A stretch of DNA of 64,000 nucleotides from Nageia nagi. Lineage: Eukaryota; Plantae; Pinophyta. Where the stretch lies: NCBI GenBank assembly GCA_050084985.1, contig JBITNC010000001.1, positions 3,410,001 to 3,474,000 on the forward strand, in the 5' to 3' direction. The translations under genes and the position numbers were made by a program. Positions 1-14,099 of this stretch are shown piece by piece. The notes under the pieces were generated by a model, which did no database searches, was not told the origin of the DNA, and was given only the letters and a program-made list of their open reading frames with translations. How positions within the stretch are numbered: the first letter of the stretch is position 1; every line of letters begins with the position of its first letter.

Positions 1-82
1 TCATTAGCTAAATGATCCACCAAGTGATTAGCTTCTCGATAATCATGGAGTATACTAATATTCTCACATCATCAATTATACA

Positions 83-445
83 TCAAGAATCCTCCATCAT
101 ATTGCTAATATCCCAACCTGATAGAGAGTTTCCCTTCAACAGATTGATTACATTGAAAGGATCACCCGTGATGACCCAATTAGCATAATTAAACCTGATA
201 ATCATAGAAAGACTAATGAATGTCACCCTAGCCTCCATAAAATGACTCGTATGATGCCCTAAAGGTTTAGTAACTAACATCTTAATCCTTCCTAAATGGT
301 CTCTTATCACTCCCATGGCTCCAATCGGACCAGGGTTACCTTTTGAGGAACCATCAAAATTAATGGCCAACCATCCTAAAGGAGGGAATATTAAATGGGC
401 TTCCTTATGAGGGTATTGCTCCCTATAATCAATTCTTCCCTCCAA
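83..445 (-). pseudogene. RNase H domain remnant of a plant L1-type LINE
   Basis: PPLGWLAINFDGSSKGNPGPIGAMGVIRDHLG matches the plant non-LTR RNase H (RVT_3) motif. Confidence 0.85.
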
Positions 446-1464
446 CCCCTAGTTTAGTAGGATTGGAGCATAATAAAATGTAATATTTACCCATAAAAGT
501 TAGATTTTTTAAGTGGGTAGTTTCCATAATGGGGGCCTAAGTTCAAAACCCAATATCCTTCACATGGTATAATGGTTCTACACTATCAATGGAAGCTTAA
601 GTAGCTAGGACAAAGTTTCAGTATCCTTCTTCAAAATAATCAAAATAAAAATAAAAAATGCAATCACAAAATAATTTTCGAAATCACTTCTAGCTTCAAG
701 ATCCATGTCAAAGATCAATAACACAAATAAGCAAATCTTAAACCTTTTTATAATTATAATTTACAATATCTAGAGGAAGCTACAATGTTACTTAACTTCT
801 ATAGACTTGTAATAATCCAAAGGAAAAATTAAATTAGAATCTATTCTTTGAGATTTTTTATTTTCTATACCATTCTCATTTTTTAGAAACGTTTTTATTG
901 GAGATGACTTCTAATTGATTTTAATATTATATTTATTAATTCAAATTAGTGCACATGGTTTCAACATCAACTAAACATAAACATTAGAGAACAAAAATAA
1001 AACACAAGTTACATCTCCCCCAACCAATGTTTGATCTCATCAATTCAACCTTGTATTCCAACAAGGATCATACATATTTTTTTAATAAGAATTTTCCCAT
1101 TATGACTTGCATATTTAATTATGAAGCTAGAACTTCTTCCACCATGAATTTGACTTATTTTAAAAAAATTCAAGTGTTGTTACGAATGACCTCTAGTTCT
1201 AACCTCACCTTTATTATGTATATCTCCTTCACCAAGATTTGAATATCATGGGAAAAGTTACCTCCATGAATGAAATCCTACTCGCTCTCAAATATCTTCA
1301 TAGGCTCATTTCCATAGGTCTTAGTATCCTTTGATTTCGCCTTTCCTTTACGAGTCATCCTGTTGGACTCATCCAAACATAATTTGATATTCAATAGTAT
1401 TGATATGGTTTGGAAGTGCTTAAAAACATCTATAACAAGCCTAGAGGATGTATGCTCAACTTCT

Positions 1465-1762
1465 TGTGATGATCCTATTATACAATTCTACCAAACTCTA
1501 GCAAAACATTGAAATATTTAAACAACAAAATTCTATTACACTCAAATAAAATTTTGATCTAATAAATCTATGCATAAATTTGCATAATCATAATAGATCT
1601 AACAAATGCAACTAATAAATTCTAATTTGTATTAGCTATGAAAATAAGATATTTACACCATTTAAATCAACTCATACATTATCAGATTTGTACCACACAA
1701 TCTTTCAAGCTAGTCATACAATGTACTGCTGAAGAATTTTAATAATCAACTGCCAATAAACC
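1465..1762 (-). mobile_element. Displaced outer part of the 3' LTR of the OTU-carrying LTR element
   Basis: Aligns with 24144-~24397 (tgtgatgatcctattatacaattctaccaaactctagc...ccaataaacc). The same LTR resumes at ~19834. Flank cttct (1460-1464) matches tttct (25103-25107) as a 5-bp TSD with 1 mismatch. Confidence 0.8.
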
Positions 1763-2271
1763 TAGGGTTCATTTTAAGAAAAAAATATAATTTTGAATTA
1801 TATAAACAAAGGCCATTCTAATTCACTTCTGATTAGTAGGTTGACTATTCTCATAGAAGTGTGTATAGTAAAAATGGCTACTTCAAAATTCAAGAAAAAA
1901 ATTATGAAAAAGGTGATTCTTAAAAATAAAAAGTTTCTAAATATAACATTAATAACATTTTGAATATCATTGTAAGCATCAAGATTAATAATAATAATAT
2001 GATATTTTCTATATCTCCTAAATATAGAATTTTATAAAATATTTTGCAAAAAAGTTGCTATGATTCGTGTTTCTTAAAAGAGGTTGAACAATGCTAATTT
2101 GAGTAAGAAAGGTAAAATTATATTATATAAAAGATGCTAATACAAGAGAAACTATACAAATATACTAGATTTTACTAGTAGGTACTATAAAATAAAGTTA
2201 GAATATGAATCTAACTAATAGAGTTAATTAGAAGTAATTAAAATTATATTTATCTTAAAGAAATGTGAATA

Positions 2272-2464
2272 ATTAACATCAAGAGACATTCTACAATGAC
2301 AAACAAAAGGGAGGTAGAGAGGGGGAGAGCTAATTTCTTATTATTTAACATCGAAAGATATTCTACAATGAAAAACAAAGGGGAGGTAAAGAGGGGAGAG
2401 TTGATTTCTCATTATTAACATCGATAGACATTCTACAATGACAAATAAAGGGAAGGTAGAGAGC
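2272..2464 (+). repeat. ~71-bp tandem repeat, ~2.7 copies
   Basis: attaacatc..agacattctacaatgacaaa..aagggaggtagaga recurs at ~2272, ~2343 and ~2414. Confidence 0.85.
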
Positions 2465-5400
2465 CTAAATATCACACAAGTAAGTTTATCATTAATCAAA
2501 TAATTCAAATTGGTCCATAATTATAACATTTGTATAAATCAATGGTTGAAATTTATCCACAACTTTTTTTCATATTTAATAATTTTTAAGTGATATTTAC
2601 TTCTAATTTGTTTTTATAATTATTTAATAATATTTATGTAATGTATAAATTTATTTAAGATCCACAAGTTGAAAGTGATACTTCTCCAAATCTTATATTC
2701 TACAAATATATGTTCATATATACAATCATGCTTATTTCATGTTGCATAACAAAGATCAAAATTGAATCCGTCAATGCCGTCATAGGGCATTTTTTTCATC
2801 ATAGAATGGGCCTTAAAATATGCCTTTCATTTTAAAGAAAAAAATTAAATTATCTATCAATTACAAGGGATAACAAAATTTATAAACTTTCATTTGAAAG
2901 GTTCCTTGGAAAAAATTCTATAAAAAAATGGAGAATTGGAGTAGTGGACTTGTATTCATCTCAACATGACTAGGTATTGGCTCATCAAAAATTGTAAATG
3001 TGGACTTGTGGAGTGCCATGGAGTCTACAATATGGAAGCTTTATTTCAATTTCAAACTATCATTCAATATTGCATTCCTGCCCAATTTCAAGTACTAGTT
3101 TCATTTATCTGCTATTTATATTTAATATTCTATACTGGTAAGTTTGAAACTCTTACTATTATCGAGTCATCCGATGTACAATATTTGCATAATGTATAAA
3201 ACCATCCTTTTGGAGCTACCAAAAGTTTAATGGTTTGTGATGCGTGATAATGATATGGTGTTCCTTGTCCAAAATCTAGTGACTATACTATTGAAGAATG
3301 ATCCTAGGGAGTTTTATTATATTGAGGGTAACTCAGAGAGTCATATTTAGAATCAATACTGTATGATATAGTATGGTGTTTGGTGGGGGTGGGTTTGTTA
3401 AAAGTTATCCATTAGCGATGGCATTAGAGAGGATGCAAGATAATTATTTTGGTGGTGGTGTTTGTTAAGGAGGTGGAGCTACAATGGCATCTAACCACAC
3501 CTTGGTATGGAAGCCCCATCAAAGATGAAAGCACCAATAAGCAATTTTTTACACTTTGAAAGATTGATAATTTCTCATGAAATGTGAAGTATGTGATAGA
3601 AGTGTTGGATTTTTGATCTATGTGGGTATTGTGTGGCGATATGATGACCTTGTTGATCAAAAGCCTCTAAAAGCAAAAGTGATAGTTATGAGTATCATTC
3701 TTGTTGATTAGAAGACTCAAATTTCAAAGCAAACAAGTAGTTTCTCAACCATTCTATGCTTACTTTGCATGTATGTATCATAATACAAGGAAATAGTAAG
3801 TTATTAAATTACATTTTTAAGAAAAAAAATAAATCTATTATTATTCTATATATATTTATGGGCATTCAAGAGAATAATAGGTTATAAACATGGAATTTAT
3901 ATACTCTATATTTATTTTGTTTTATGTTTGAAGTCATAAAGTGAAATGGATCATCAAATTCAAAATTTGATAAGAAATATATGATAAAATGAGATAATAC
4001 TTATAAAATAGGATACAATCTTATTTGAAACTAGAAACTTGTTTCTATAATATTATTATTTTCTTATAATTTATTGTATAAAATATTTAAATATTATTTC
4101 AAAAGGACAAAGTAAATAAAAAAAATATCAATTGAAATACAAAATAAAAATTTCTCCATCAACAATGAAGGGTGAGAAAAATTGAACCTTTCAATTGAAA
4201 ATCTTGTTCACAACGAACAACTTGTGGTAGGCTATTACATAGCATGCATGTCTCGTATTGGGAATGGAACATGAGACACAGGTTGCAGCAAGATCAACAC
4301 ATGATCAACTCAGCTAACAACCTAGACATATTTACTTATCATTATTTTTTATATAATATATATTTTTTTATAATAAACTTGTAAAAATTATAATAATTAT
4401 AATTACGAATTTTTACATATAATGATTAAACTTAGTAACTATTTTTTACTATTTACATTTCTAAAAATGTTTTTCAATTTATTAATTAGTGTATAATTTA
4501 TTTTATTTAATATTTAAATGTATTTATTGTAAAATGCTAAATGGAGTTAGTTTAAAAACAAATATATTACAAAATTTCAAAATTTAAAATTGTTCTATTT
4601 AAATGAAAAATATTTATTAATTGTATTGCATATAACTAAATTGATAATAAAATATTATAAAACAAATTAGAGAGACCTTCATTCTAAGATCACTTGGATC
4701 CACAACGACAAGTATTGGAACTTAAAATCCAAACACACAAATCCTCGCAACGATACCATTTGATGATTAAAATACTTATTCTATTCAAAACCACTGGTGT
4801 AAATTAATAATAATAATATAAGATTTGATAAGATATGGCATATGCTTATAGCCAAGAACAAATCATATAAAATAATTACAAAATTTAAAAAGCCCTATTC
4901 TTTGGATCTTCATCAACATTGTAATACCATCAAATTGAGTCCCTCGAAACATGTTCTATTGATTTTGTAAAATATTTTGGCGAGCCAAATGTTAGGTAGT
5001 AAATTAATTATCGCTCATTAATATTTTTTTTGCCAGGTAACTATGATCACTCATCTATCAATTGGTCTTATATGTGACACACCAAGCTTTTACAACTCAG
5101 AGCAAGATATAGATTGATTTCTATTAGTATTATTTCTAAATTGTGGATGTATTTCATTTAATCATAATTATTCGATGTAATAGTAGGTTGGTTAAAAAAA
5201 TATGGTTAATAAACTAATTATTATGCACAAAAGTTATTTAATGGAAGTTTTTATAATTATTTTTATTTTATTATTATATTTAATTTGTGATTAATAAATT
5301 AATTTAGATATTTGTTCCATACAATTGTTCCATAGATCTCTCTTGTCTCTAGTGGACATTAATAAACTTTCTTTCTAATATTGATATAACTTACAATAAT

Positions 5401-5588
5401 TTAATTAATATTTAACTTCTCAACTATTAAACATCTCTTCATTACTTAGATTTTCTATAAATGTATTTTTCATGGGAAAAATAAAATATAAGAATCATAT
5501 CTTTATTTAGTTTGCACAATAATGGTAATTTGTATTAGGTTTGTTTTATGATGTGTTATGTTGATGGTTAATCTTGTAGTTATTTTAT

Positions 5589-5700
5589 TGCTTTATTGAT
5601 TTCATAAAAACCTTTGATATTATCCCTCAAATAAATTTTTGAAGTGTACAATTAAACTAGATATACATTATGAACTAAAATTTGCAGTTTATATGCTTTA
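5589..5700 (+). pseudogene. Highly decayed RTE-like LINE reverse transcriptase fragment
   Basis: Translates CFIDFIKTFDIIPQ, resembling CFVDFRKAFDTVPR. Confidence 0.45.
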
Positions 5701-6922
5701 TGACCTTAACTTTCTCAATTGATTCTTATAATATTTTTGTTTACTTATGATTTTTCCAATTGTTTCTATTTTTTATAACTTAGAAAATTATTTTATTTTT
5801 ACAATAGATATTGTCTTGTAAAATATCGACAATGTTTTACAAATTTTGACAACTAATATTTTAGTTTACTATCAACTTCAACTTGCCATGCTTTGTCATT
5901 TTAAGATGCTTGGATTTTGCTCCAAAATTATGATATTTGGTAATATCACCATTAGAACACAAAGAAAACTAACTAATAATTAAATGCACCTCAAAACTAT
6001 TTCGCAAAATCTATACTATGAGTTTTAGATCAACATTCATCTATGCATACAAGAAGGATTGACATATTAATTCTAGGGTAATGCAAACTACAAGCACTAA
6101 GAAGCAAGTCAAAAAATCCCAAGATTGAGTGCAAAGCCCTTATTTAAAATAATTGATAATAATTAGTTTTAAATCTATGATTCTTTAGCATATCTTGACT
6201 CTCTAAATCATGCAACCATTTACCCCCGAACTTCAAAAATACAAAAGTCATTTGAATAAATTTTAGTTAATTAGTTCACTAAAGCTTAACTCTCTAATTT
6301 GGAATGCCTTGTAGTTACGATTGGTCATGCCAAATCCCCTATTGAAACTAATAATGAGGGAGGATTCAAATGCATATGCTAAAGAGATGACCAATACAAT
6401 AACACTTCATCCACTCATGAAGTAGAAAACCTATGGAACCAAATGAAATAGATCGTATAAGAAGCATCATGCAAAGTAAAGGGGCATCTAATTGAGAAGA
6501 AGGACAATACCAACAACTTCAAAAGGGGGTTCATGAATGAGCTTGAGCACTCGATGGCTACCTTCTCAAAGATGTTATTTATGAAAGAGTTAATGATGCT
6601 TATGGTTCATTATATCTTTTTAACAACAAAAAATGACTTGTTATAATTGATTAATTTCAATGAAGTTTATAGGTCGAGACTTAAAATAGAAGGCTTTATA
6701 ATCAAGTTTGTGTACCATGAATGGTGGTCTTCTTTAATATGTATAATTTAAAATCAACATTGTATAATTGATTTGGAGTTTTCAATACGAATGGAGGATA
6801 TTTCCCACTTTTATGCTTTTAAGATGATCTACTTGCTTTGAGAGTACAATGATTATGGAAAAGCATCATGATTTGTATTCATGAAGTCAATTAGATCCAA
6901 TTTGTCTATGAGCACCAATTGA

Positions 6923-7040
6923 CATAGTTCATTGCATATGAATTCGAGATGTGAAACCAACATATTTCATCGTGTATGAGTATGAGATGTGAAACCTACA
7001 TAGTTCACCTCATATGAATATGAGATATGATGATCTACAT
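6923..7040 (+). repeat. ~38-bp tandem repeat x3
   Basis: catagttca..catatgaa..gagatgtgaaacc.a repeated three times. Confidence 0.8.
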
Positions 7041-8641
7041 ACTTAAAATAAATTTTACATTATGAAAGTACATAAGAATTAAGTTATTCATATTATAAAA
7101 ATACTACTTATAGCTTATAAGTAGTTATAATTAGTTGAAAAAAATATTTTATTATTAAAAATTATAAAAAAGCTATGTTGGACTATTATCATATCTTTTG
7201 ATATAACTATTTTATATTATAAAAGATATGAATATTTTTGCAAGTACACTTCATCAGACTTCAAAATTCAAACTCAAAAATGTCAATGGCGAATTGTCAA
7301 GTCATTTTTTGCCCTTCTCAGTTGCTTTATTCATCACTTTTCCTTCTATTTCTTTCAATTAAGCTTCAAGATGCTTAAATAAATAATTCGGACTTGTTCT
7401 TGGGTTGGATTGTGGTGTAGATTGGTGTAACTCATAGATTACACCTAGACTTGTGATGCAAACTATTTGATAAAATGTCACAATAGTTTTCCATAATAAA
7501 TCTTCAGATTTATCCCAATTTCGTTTTGTATAATTTATTGATGTTTGTATGGAGAATGTTAATACATTGTACATTATAAATTTATAGTAATAAACTTCAT
7601 TTGGTATCAGAGCTTGAAGATCACGGATTGAGTTTTTTGTTGGGTTTGAAAACTATGTGTGTTGTGCAAAAGTTTAGAAATAATTTTTTGCAAAGCCAAG
7701 TTGTGTTGAAGATTTGTTGTAATGGTAAGCAACTCAAATTCAATACTAATCCTTGAATTTTATGGGACTGATTATGAATATTGGAGCATCAAGCTGATGA
7801 CTCTAAATGGATACAAAGAGTTTGATGATTAGATTGTTATGAGTGAAGACACTAAAAATGAGACTAAGGAGAAGAAGAAGAAGAAGAACTTCTTGGCTTT
7901 GTCTCATATCCAAGCTGCTCTTGATAAGAATTATTCCCATGAATCTCTTCCCACAAAATTGCTTTTAATGCATGGAAAGCTTTGAAAGAAGGCTACTAAG
8001 GAAGTGTCAAACTGAAGGAGATCAAGCTTCAGACCTTGAGAAGAGATTTTGAGAATCTCAAACAACATGAAAATGAGAGTGTGGGTGATTATTGTGTAAG
8101 GGTGAAGGCCATAGTGAACAAAATGTTCACCCTTAGTGATGATATGGACAAAGATTTAGTGATTAAGAAAGTCTTGAGGACTTTACTATCAAAATGGGAT
8201 AATGTGGCTCTTGTTATTGAAAAGACCAAAGACCTTTCCACCATGGAGTTTGATCAATTAGTTGGCTCTCTTACATCTCACGAAGAGAGATTTTTGAGAA
8301 GATCCAACATTGGTGCAAGTGAAGAACAAGCATTCTTATTCAGGGAGAATGAAAACAATAATGGAAGACATCAAAGTAGAGGCTCTAGAGGTAGAGGTCA
8401 AAATGGAAGAGGAGGAAGAAGAGGCTCTTTTAGAAAAGGAAGAGGGAGAGATCAGATTCTTGATGGGGACCAAGCCAATAATGCAAGTACAAGCACAAGT
8501 GCAAGAGGAGGATCTAGTTCCAAAGGTAGAGGAAGAGACAAGAAGAATGTGCAATGTTATAATTGTAACAAGTATGGTCATTATGAGAGGGAGTGTAGGC
8601 TCAAACAAGCCTCTCAAAATAGTAGTACATCAACCAATTAT

Positions 8642-9716
8642 CACTACTACATTTTAGTGATTTTGCATCATACAATGCATCATAAAATTGCATTTTAATG
8701 TAGTGACATAATATGCATAATTATTTTGCATGTCCACATCAATCTAGATAAAACTATTTTTTTGACTCATTGCTTGATGCATGGAATGACACATTACTTG
8801 ACACATTGTATGATGCATTGCTTGATGCATTGTTTGATGTATTTTAGTATGTCAAGCAATGTGTTAAGTAATACATGATACAAAAAAAAAGTGCAAATCA
8901 TACACATGGATGATGGCATGATCCGCTATCAATTGTTGATGCATTCCCTTGATCGACAATGGAGTTTTAATGGTGGGTATGATGACATTGATGAGTAAAT
9001 AAAGGAGTTTTATATTTATAAGGGTATTTTTAGCAATACAAGGCTGTATTTTTAGTGATATAGGTTTGCAAGAGTTGAATACAAGTTGGAGAATGTAGAT
9101 AGTAGTGTGTATATGCATTTTATGGTAAGAAAAATGTGCATTGCATGCTTCAACCACCCACGTAGTTGGTAGAGGAGGCTGTCAAATTTTGGTGGATGCC
9201 CATGAAGTTTTTGATTGTATGCTCATGGAATATGATAATTTCGAGTTACCAAAGATTCAATTTTCTTAAAAAAGCATCGAAAATATTTCAACAAGTGCAA
9301 TAAACACCAAGAATAGTCCAACCAAATGAATTCACCTTTCCCAACATCCTCAAAGCATGCACCAAAATGAGAGATTTGTAAAATGGCTTATACATACATC
9401 AAAGACTCTTTAAAATAAATTTTTTATTGAATGTTATGGTTGTGAGTACCCTGTTAGACATATATGCAAAATATGGAACATAGAGAAGATAGAAAAATTG
9501 TTTAACAAGATGCAAACTCTTATCCCTATCATGTTGATGCATATATGACATATAAAGAGTCATGTATAGAATCAATTATTTGATGCTTTGAATGATGCTT
9601 TGTTTGATAGTACCCTTAGTGTTAATTGATGTGTCAAGATTTCTACGATTTGTTTTTTTAAATAAGACTGTGGATTGATGCATTGTATGATGCAAAATCG
9701 CTAAAATGTAGTAGTG
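8642..9716. mobile_element. Non-autonomous CACTA (Pack-CACTA) inserted in the Copia gag-pol
   Basis: 41-bp TIRs cactactacattttagtgattttgcatcatacaatgcatca with 1 mismatch. 3-bp TSD TAT (8639-8641, 9717-9719). Excision restores the gag frame TNY|GEEESYEDD. Confidence 0.95.
9179..9515 (+). pseudogene. Captured PLS-class PPR protein fragment
   Basis: CQILVDAHEVFDCM ... VQPNEFTFPNILKACTKMRDL*NGLYIHQRLFKINFLLNVMVVSTLLDIYAKYG ... IEKLFNKM, which are typical PPR repeat motifs. Confidence 0.85.
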
Positions 9717-12700
9717 TATGGAGAAGAGGAATCCTATGAAGATGATTACTTATTTCTTTCTACTATGCAAGAGAAGAATCATGGAGGCAAAGCACTTCTT
9801 TCATAAGACAAACTAAAAGAGTTCATAAATGATGAAACTTGGGTTCTTGATAGTGGTTGTTCCAACCATACGATTGAAAAAAAGGAGATTTTTTAATCTC
9901 TTGATCATTCCTATAGTTCCAGTATCAAACTTGGGGATGAGAAAACATTAGAGGTGATTGCAAAGGGGGAAATGGCAATTCCTACCAAAAAAGGTACTAT
10001 GAAGGTAAAAAGTATCTATTTTGCTCCTGATTTGAAACATTCTCTCTTAAATGTTGGGCAAATGCTTGAAAATAATTATAAGTTGGCTTTTGAAGATAAA
10101 ATGTGCAAAATATATGAAAGAACAAAGGTGGAAGGCTGGTTACTATAGTAAAAATGAATAAAAACTAACATTTTCCCATCAAGTTTGTTGACCAAGGGGG
10201 AGGATTTGCTTGTGTGAGAATTGATGATAATGCAACTTTATGGCATCTGAGATTTGGTCATGTGAATTTTCAAAGTTTAAAGATTATATCTCCACTTGTG
10301 TATGATTTGCCAAAGGTCTCAGATACTACAAAAATTTGTAAAGGGTGTGCTATTGGAAAGCATGCAAGGGGGCATTTTCCAAAGAATGAAGCATGGAGGG
10401 CCCAATATCTTCTACAACTAGTTCATAGTGATCTTTGTGAACCAATGCAAACACAAAGTATGGCTAAAGCTTCTTATTTTCTTACCTTTATTGATGATTT
10501 TTATACATATTGTTGGGTGTATTTTCTTAAACACAAAGATGAGGCATTTGAGTGCTTCAAGGATTTTAAAGCTAGTGTTGAGAATTAGAGTGGGAATACT
10601 ATTAAGTGTTTAAGGACCAATTGTGGTGGTGAGTTTTGCTCTAACAATTTCTTGAATTTTTGTAGATATTTCAGCATTAAAAGGTAATTAACATCACCAT
10701 ATACACCCCAAAAAAATGAGGCAGCTGAAAGAAAGAACCGAACTTTGGTAGAGATGGCAAGGTGTATGATGCACATAAAAGGTTTGAGTAATTATTTTTG
10801 GGATGAAGCTATAAGGACTGTTGTTTATATTTTAAATAGGATTCATACAAGGATTTTGGATAATATTACTCCATATGAATGTTGGCTTGGAAAAAAGCCA
10901 AGTGTGAAACATTTCAAAGTATTTGGTTGTCTAATATATGTTCATGTGAGTGATGAGCATAGAAAAAAGCTTGATGCTAAGAGTGGGAGGGGTATTTTTA
11001 TTGGCTAAAGTGAACACTCCAAAGATTATAGATTTTTTAATCCAATCTCTCACAAAGTTGTGGTATCCAAAGATGCCATTTTTGATGAAGGGGGAAGTTA
11101 GAAGTATCAAAAATGCCAAAAGCTATTTATTGATGATAGTATGTTTGAAGAAGTTACTTCAAATGATCAAGGAAGTGTTTAGCCCAACCATTTTTTTCAT
11201 AATAAAGTTCAGCCCAGATTTGATTCCTCATCATAAATGGGATCTTCTAGTGCACCATAAAGTCCACATTATGGTTCTTCTTCACCTCCATCACCAAGTG
11301 AGTGTGTAAATCAGTCAATGAAAGGTAAAATATTGTTGAAAGATAATCCATCTTCCCAAATGTTAGATCAAAACTTTTCTATAAGGTTGATAAGGAGTCA
11401 ACACAAGGATCTTGATACTACATTGCAAAGGCTTGAAAACTTCCAAATGTTGGGAGATGAAGACAATGGTGAGCCCAAATGTGATATGGTAAATTGTGCA
11501 CTTATTTCTACTACTTCCAATGCACATGTTTCTAAATATTCTAAAGTTACTAAACTTGATGATTTTTAGCCTTCTTATTTTGAATAAGCTTGTTCTAACA
11601 AAATATGGATAAAGGCTATGAATGAGGAGATGTCTTCCATTGTCAAGAATGACACATGGGAGTTATGTAATATGCCCACAAAAAGAAAATATGTTGGATG
11701 TAAATGGATCTACAAGATTAAGAGGAATAGTGATGGTTCCATTGAAAGGTATAAAGCATGGTTGGTAGCAAAAGGGTTCACACAAAAGTATGACATAGAG
11801 TATGAGAAGACTTTTGCTCCTGTTGCAAGGCAAGAGACCATTCAGATGATGCTTTCATTGGCTTCCCATAAGCATTGGAATGTGCATCACATGGATGTGA
11901 AGAGTGCATTCCTTAATGGCTATCTTGCAGAAGAGGTATATGTGGCACAACCTCAAGGTTTTGAGGTTCAAGGAAAAGAGGATCATGTCTATAGATTGAA
12001 GAAGGCCTTATATGGGATGAAGCAAGCTCCAATAGATTGGTACACAAGAATCAATGAATACTTTCTTAATTGTGGCTTTCAATGAAGTAAGAGTGAGCAC
12101 ACCTTGTATTACAAAAACAAGGTATTGATATTCTACTTGTTTGCTTGTATGTTGATGACTTATTTATGGGAAGTAGTTCTTCATTATATGATTCTTTTAA
12201 GGTTGATATGGAAAAGGAATTTGATATGATTGATCTTGGTTTTATGAGTTACTTCTTAGGCATGGAAGTACATCAAACACATGATGAAATATTTCTTTGC
12301 CAAAGCAAATATGTGAGGGAGATGTTGAAGAAGTTTGGCATGAGTGAATGCAAACTTGTAGCTACTCCAATTTCCCATGGAGAGCTTTTGTGTTTAGATG
12401 ATGGGGCTAAAAAAGGATGTGAAATAGATTATAAGAGCATTATAGGGATTCTAATGTTCCTTTGTAATACAAGATCAAATATATGTTATGCGATATCTCT
12501 TTGTTCTAGGTACATGGATGATCCTTCTTGCTTACACTTGAAAGTAGCTAAGAGAATACTGAGTTATGTACATGGTACAATAAATTATGGTCTTCATTAC
12601 TTCTCTACTAATAATTTGAAGTTGGTTGGTTTTAGTGTCAATGATTGGAGGAGTAATCTTGATGATCGAAAGTCCACTAGTGGTAATTGCTTCTCACTTG

Positions 12701-14099
12701 GTACTAGGTTGATTACCTAGAGTTCAAATAAGCAATTTGTAGTTGCTTTATCTTATACTAAGGTTGAATATATAGCATTGACCTCAATTGGTACACAAGC
12801 CTTGTGGCTTAGGAAAGTTCTCTATGAGGTTGATGAGAAGTAAAAACATTCTACTGCACTTTTTGTGACAACCAAAGTACCATTAAATTGGCATAAAATC
12901 CATTCCATCATGCACGTTCTAAACACTTGGATATCAAGTATCATTTTATCATAGACATGGAGGAGAAGAATCTAATAAAACTAAGGTAATGCAATACTAA
13001 GGATCAAATTGCTGATATATTCACAAAATAAGTTGTTAGATCCCAGTTTCTGATGTTGAGAGACTTGATTGTTAGCCCTCTCACCATCAAGGGGGAGTAT
13101 GTTGCAAGTACACTTCATAAAACTTCAAAATTTGAGTTTAAAAATGTAAAATTTAACATTTTTTTATGAAACATAACCCCTTAAGGAGTTTCCTACAAAA
13201 ATACCGTTGTGTTTCCAAAATGTGCCCACATTTTCTAAAATGTGCTAATCCAATGCATTTTCCCTAAAACGTGACTACATTTCAATCTAGAAGTTCAAAA
13301 TAATTAAGGACAAACTGTCAAGTTTTTTTTTACCCTTTTCAGTTGCTTTCTTTGTCATTTTTCCTTCTAAACTTGTTCTTGGGTTGGATTGTGATGTAGA
13401 TTAGTGTAACTCATAGATTGCATCTAGACTTGTAATGCAAACTGTTTGACAAAACATCATAGTAATGTTTTCCACAATAAATCTTCAAATTTATCCCAAT
13501 TTCATTTTGTATAAGGTATTTATGTTTGTATGGAGGATGTTAATGCATTGTACATTATAAGTTTATGTTAATAAACTTCAAATATTTAGTATGCAACTCT
13601 AACATAACCCCTACCCCCATCCCTTTTTTATTAGTAGAATATATTGCATGAATTTTAAATACCCCTACCCTCCTTTTTTTTGGTAAGGATAAAAAATATT
13701 TACAGGGGGTTTTCAAAAAATAGGGATCCAAAACCTGTATTTGCAAGATTATAGATATTCAATAGAGTATCATTTGGAACAAAAAGATACAAAAAACAAA
13801 CTTCCAGTAGTTGTGCTTCCTGTAGCTGATTTGATAGTAAAAGATAATTGATTGCCATCATTCTTAACTATTTTTGAATCACACCATCCATGTACTTGTT
13901 AAATAATTGGGCTCTAATTAATATCAACTTTGGAGTTCTACTTGTTGAAACAATCCCATAATAGCTCCATCTCTATATTCATCAATCCCTCTAAATTTGG
14001 GATCGAAATAGCTGTAGGAACTTACTTTTGATGAGAAGCCAAAGTCACCTTCCATTTTCTCCTTCGAATCTCTACTTATTATACCATGGAAACTGGGTA

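Larger units (their letters stand above)
7236..13580 (+). mobile_element. Full-length degenerate Ty1/Copia LTR retrotransposon
   Basis: LTRs 7236-7599 and 13100-13580. TSD AATAT (7231-7235, 13581-13585). PBS tggtatcagagc 7602-7613. PPT aagggggag at ~13089. Domains in order: gag with CCHC (CYNCNKYGHYERECR), PR (WVLDSGCSNH), GAG-pre-integrase, IN, RT (YVDD), RNase H, with many stops and frameshifts. Confidence 0.97.

Noticed and set aside
2966-3199. ORF with faint Mpv17/PMP22-like look (IPAQFQVL)
   Set aside because: The similarity is too short to support by eye.
4249-4278. Small hairpin tgtctcgtatt...aacatgagaca
   Set aside because: Too short and imperfect for a miRNA or Helitron call.
8310-8657. 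Alternative-frame and antisense ORFs over TE coding regions (also 33018-33431, 37524-38078)
   Set aside because: Shadow ORFs of gag/pol with biased composition.
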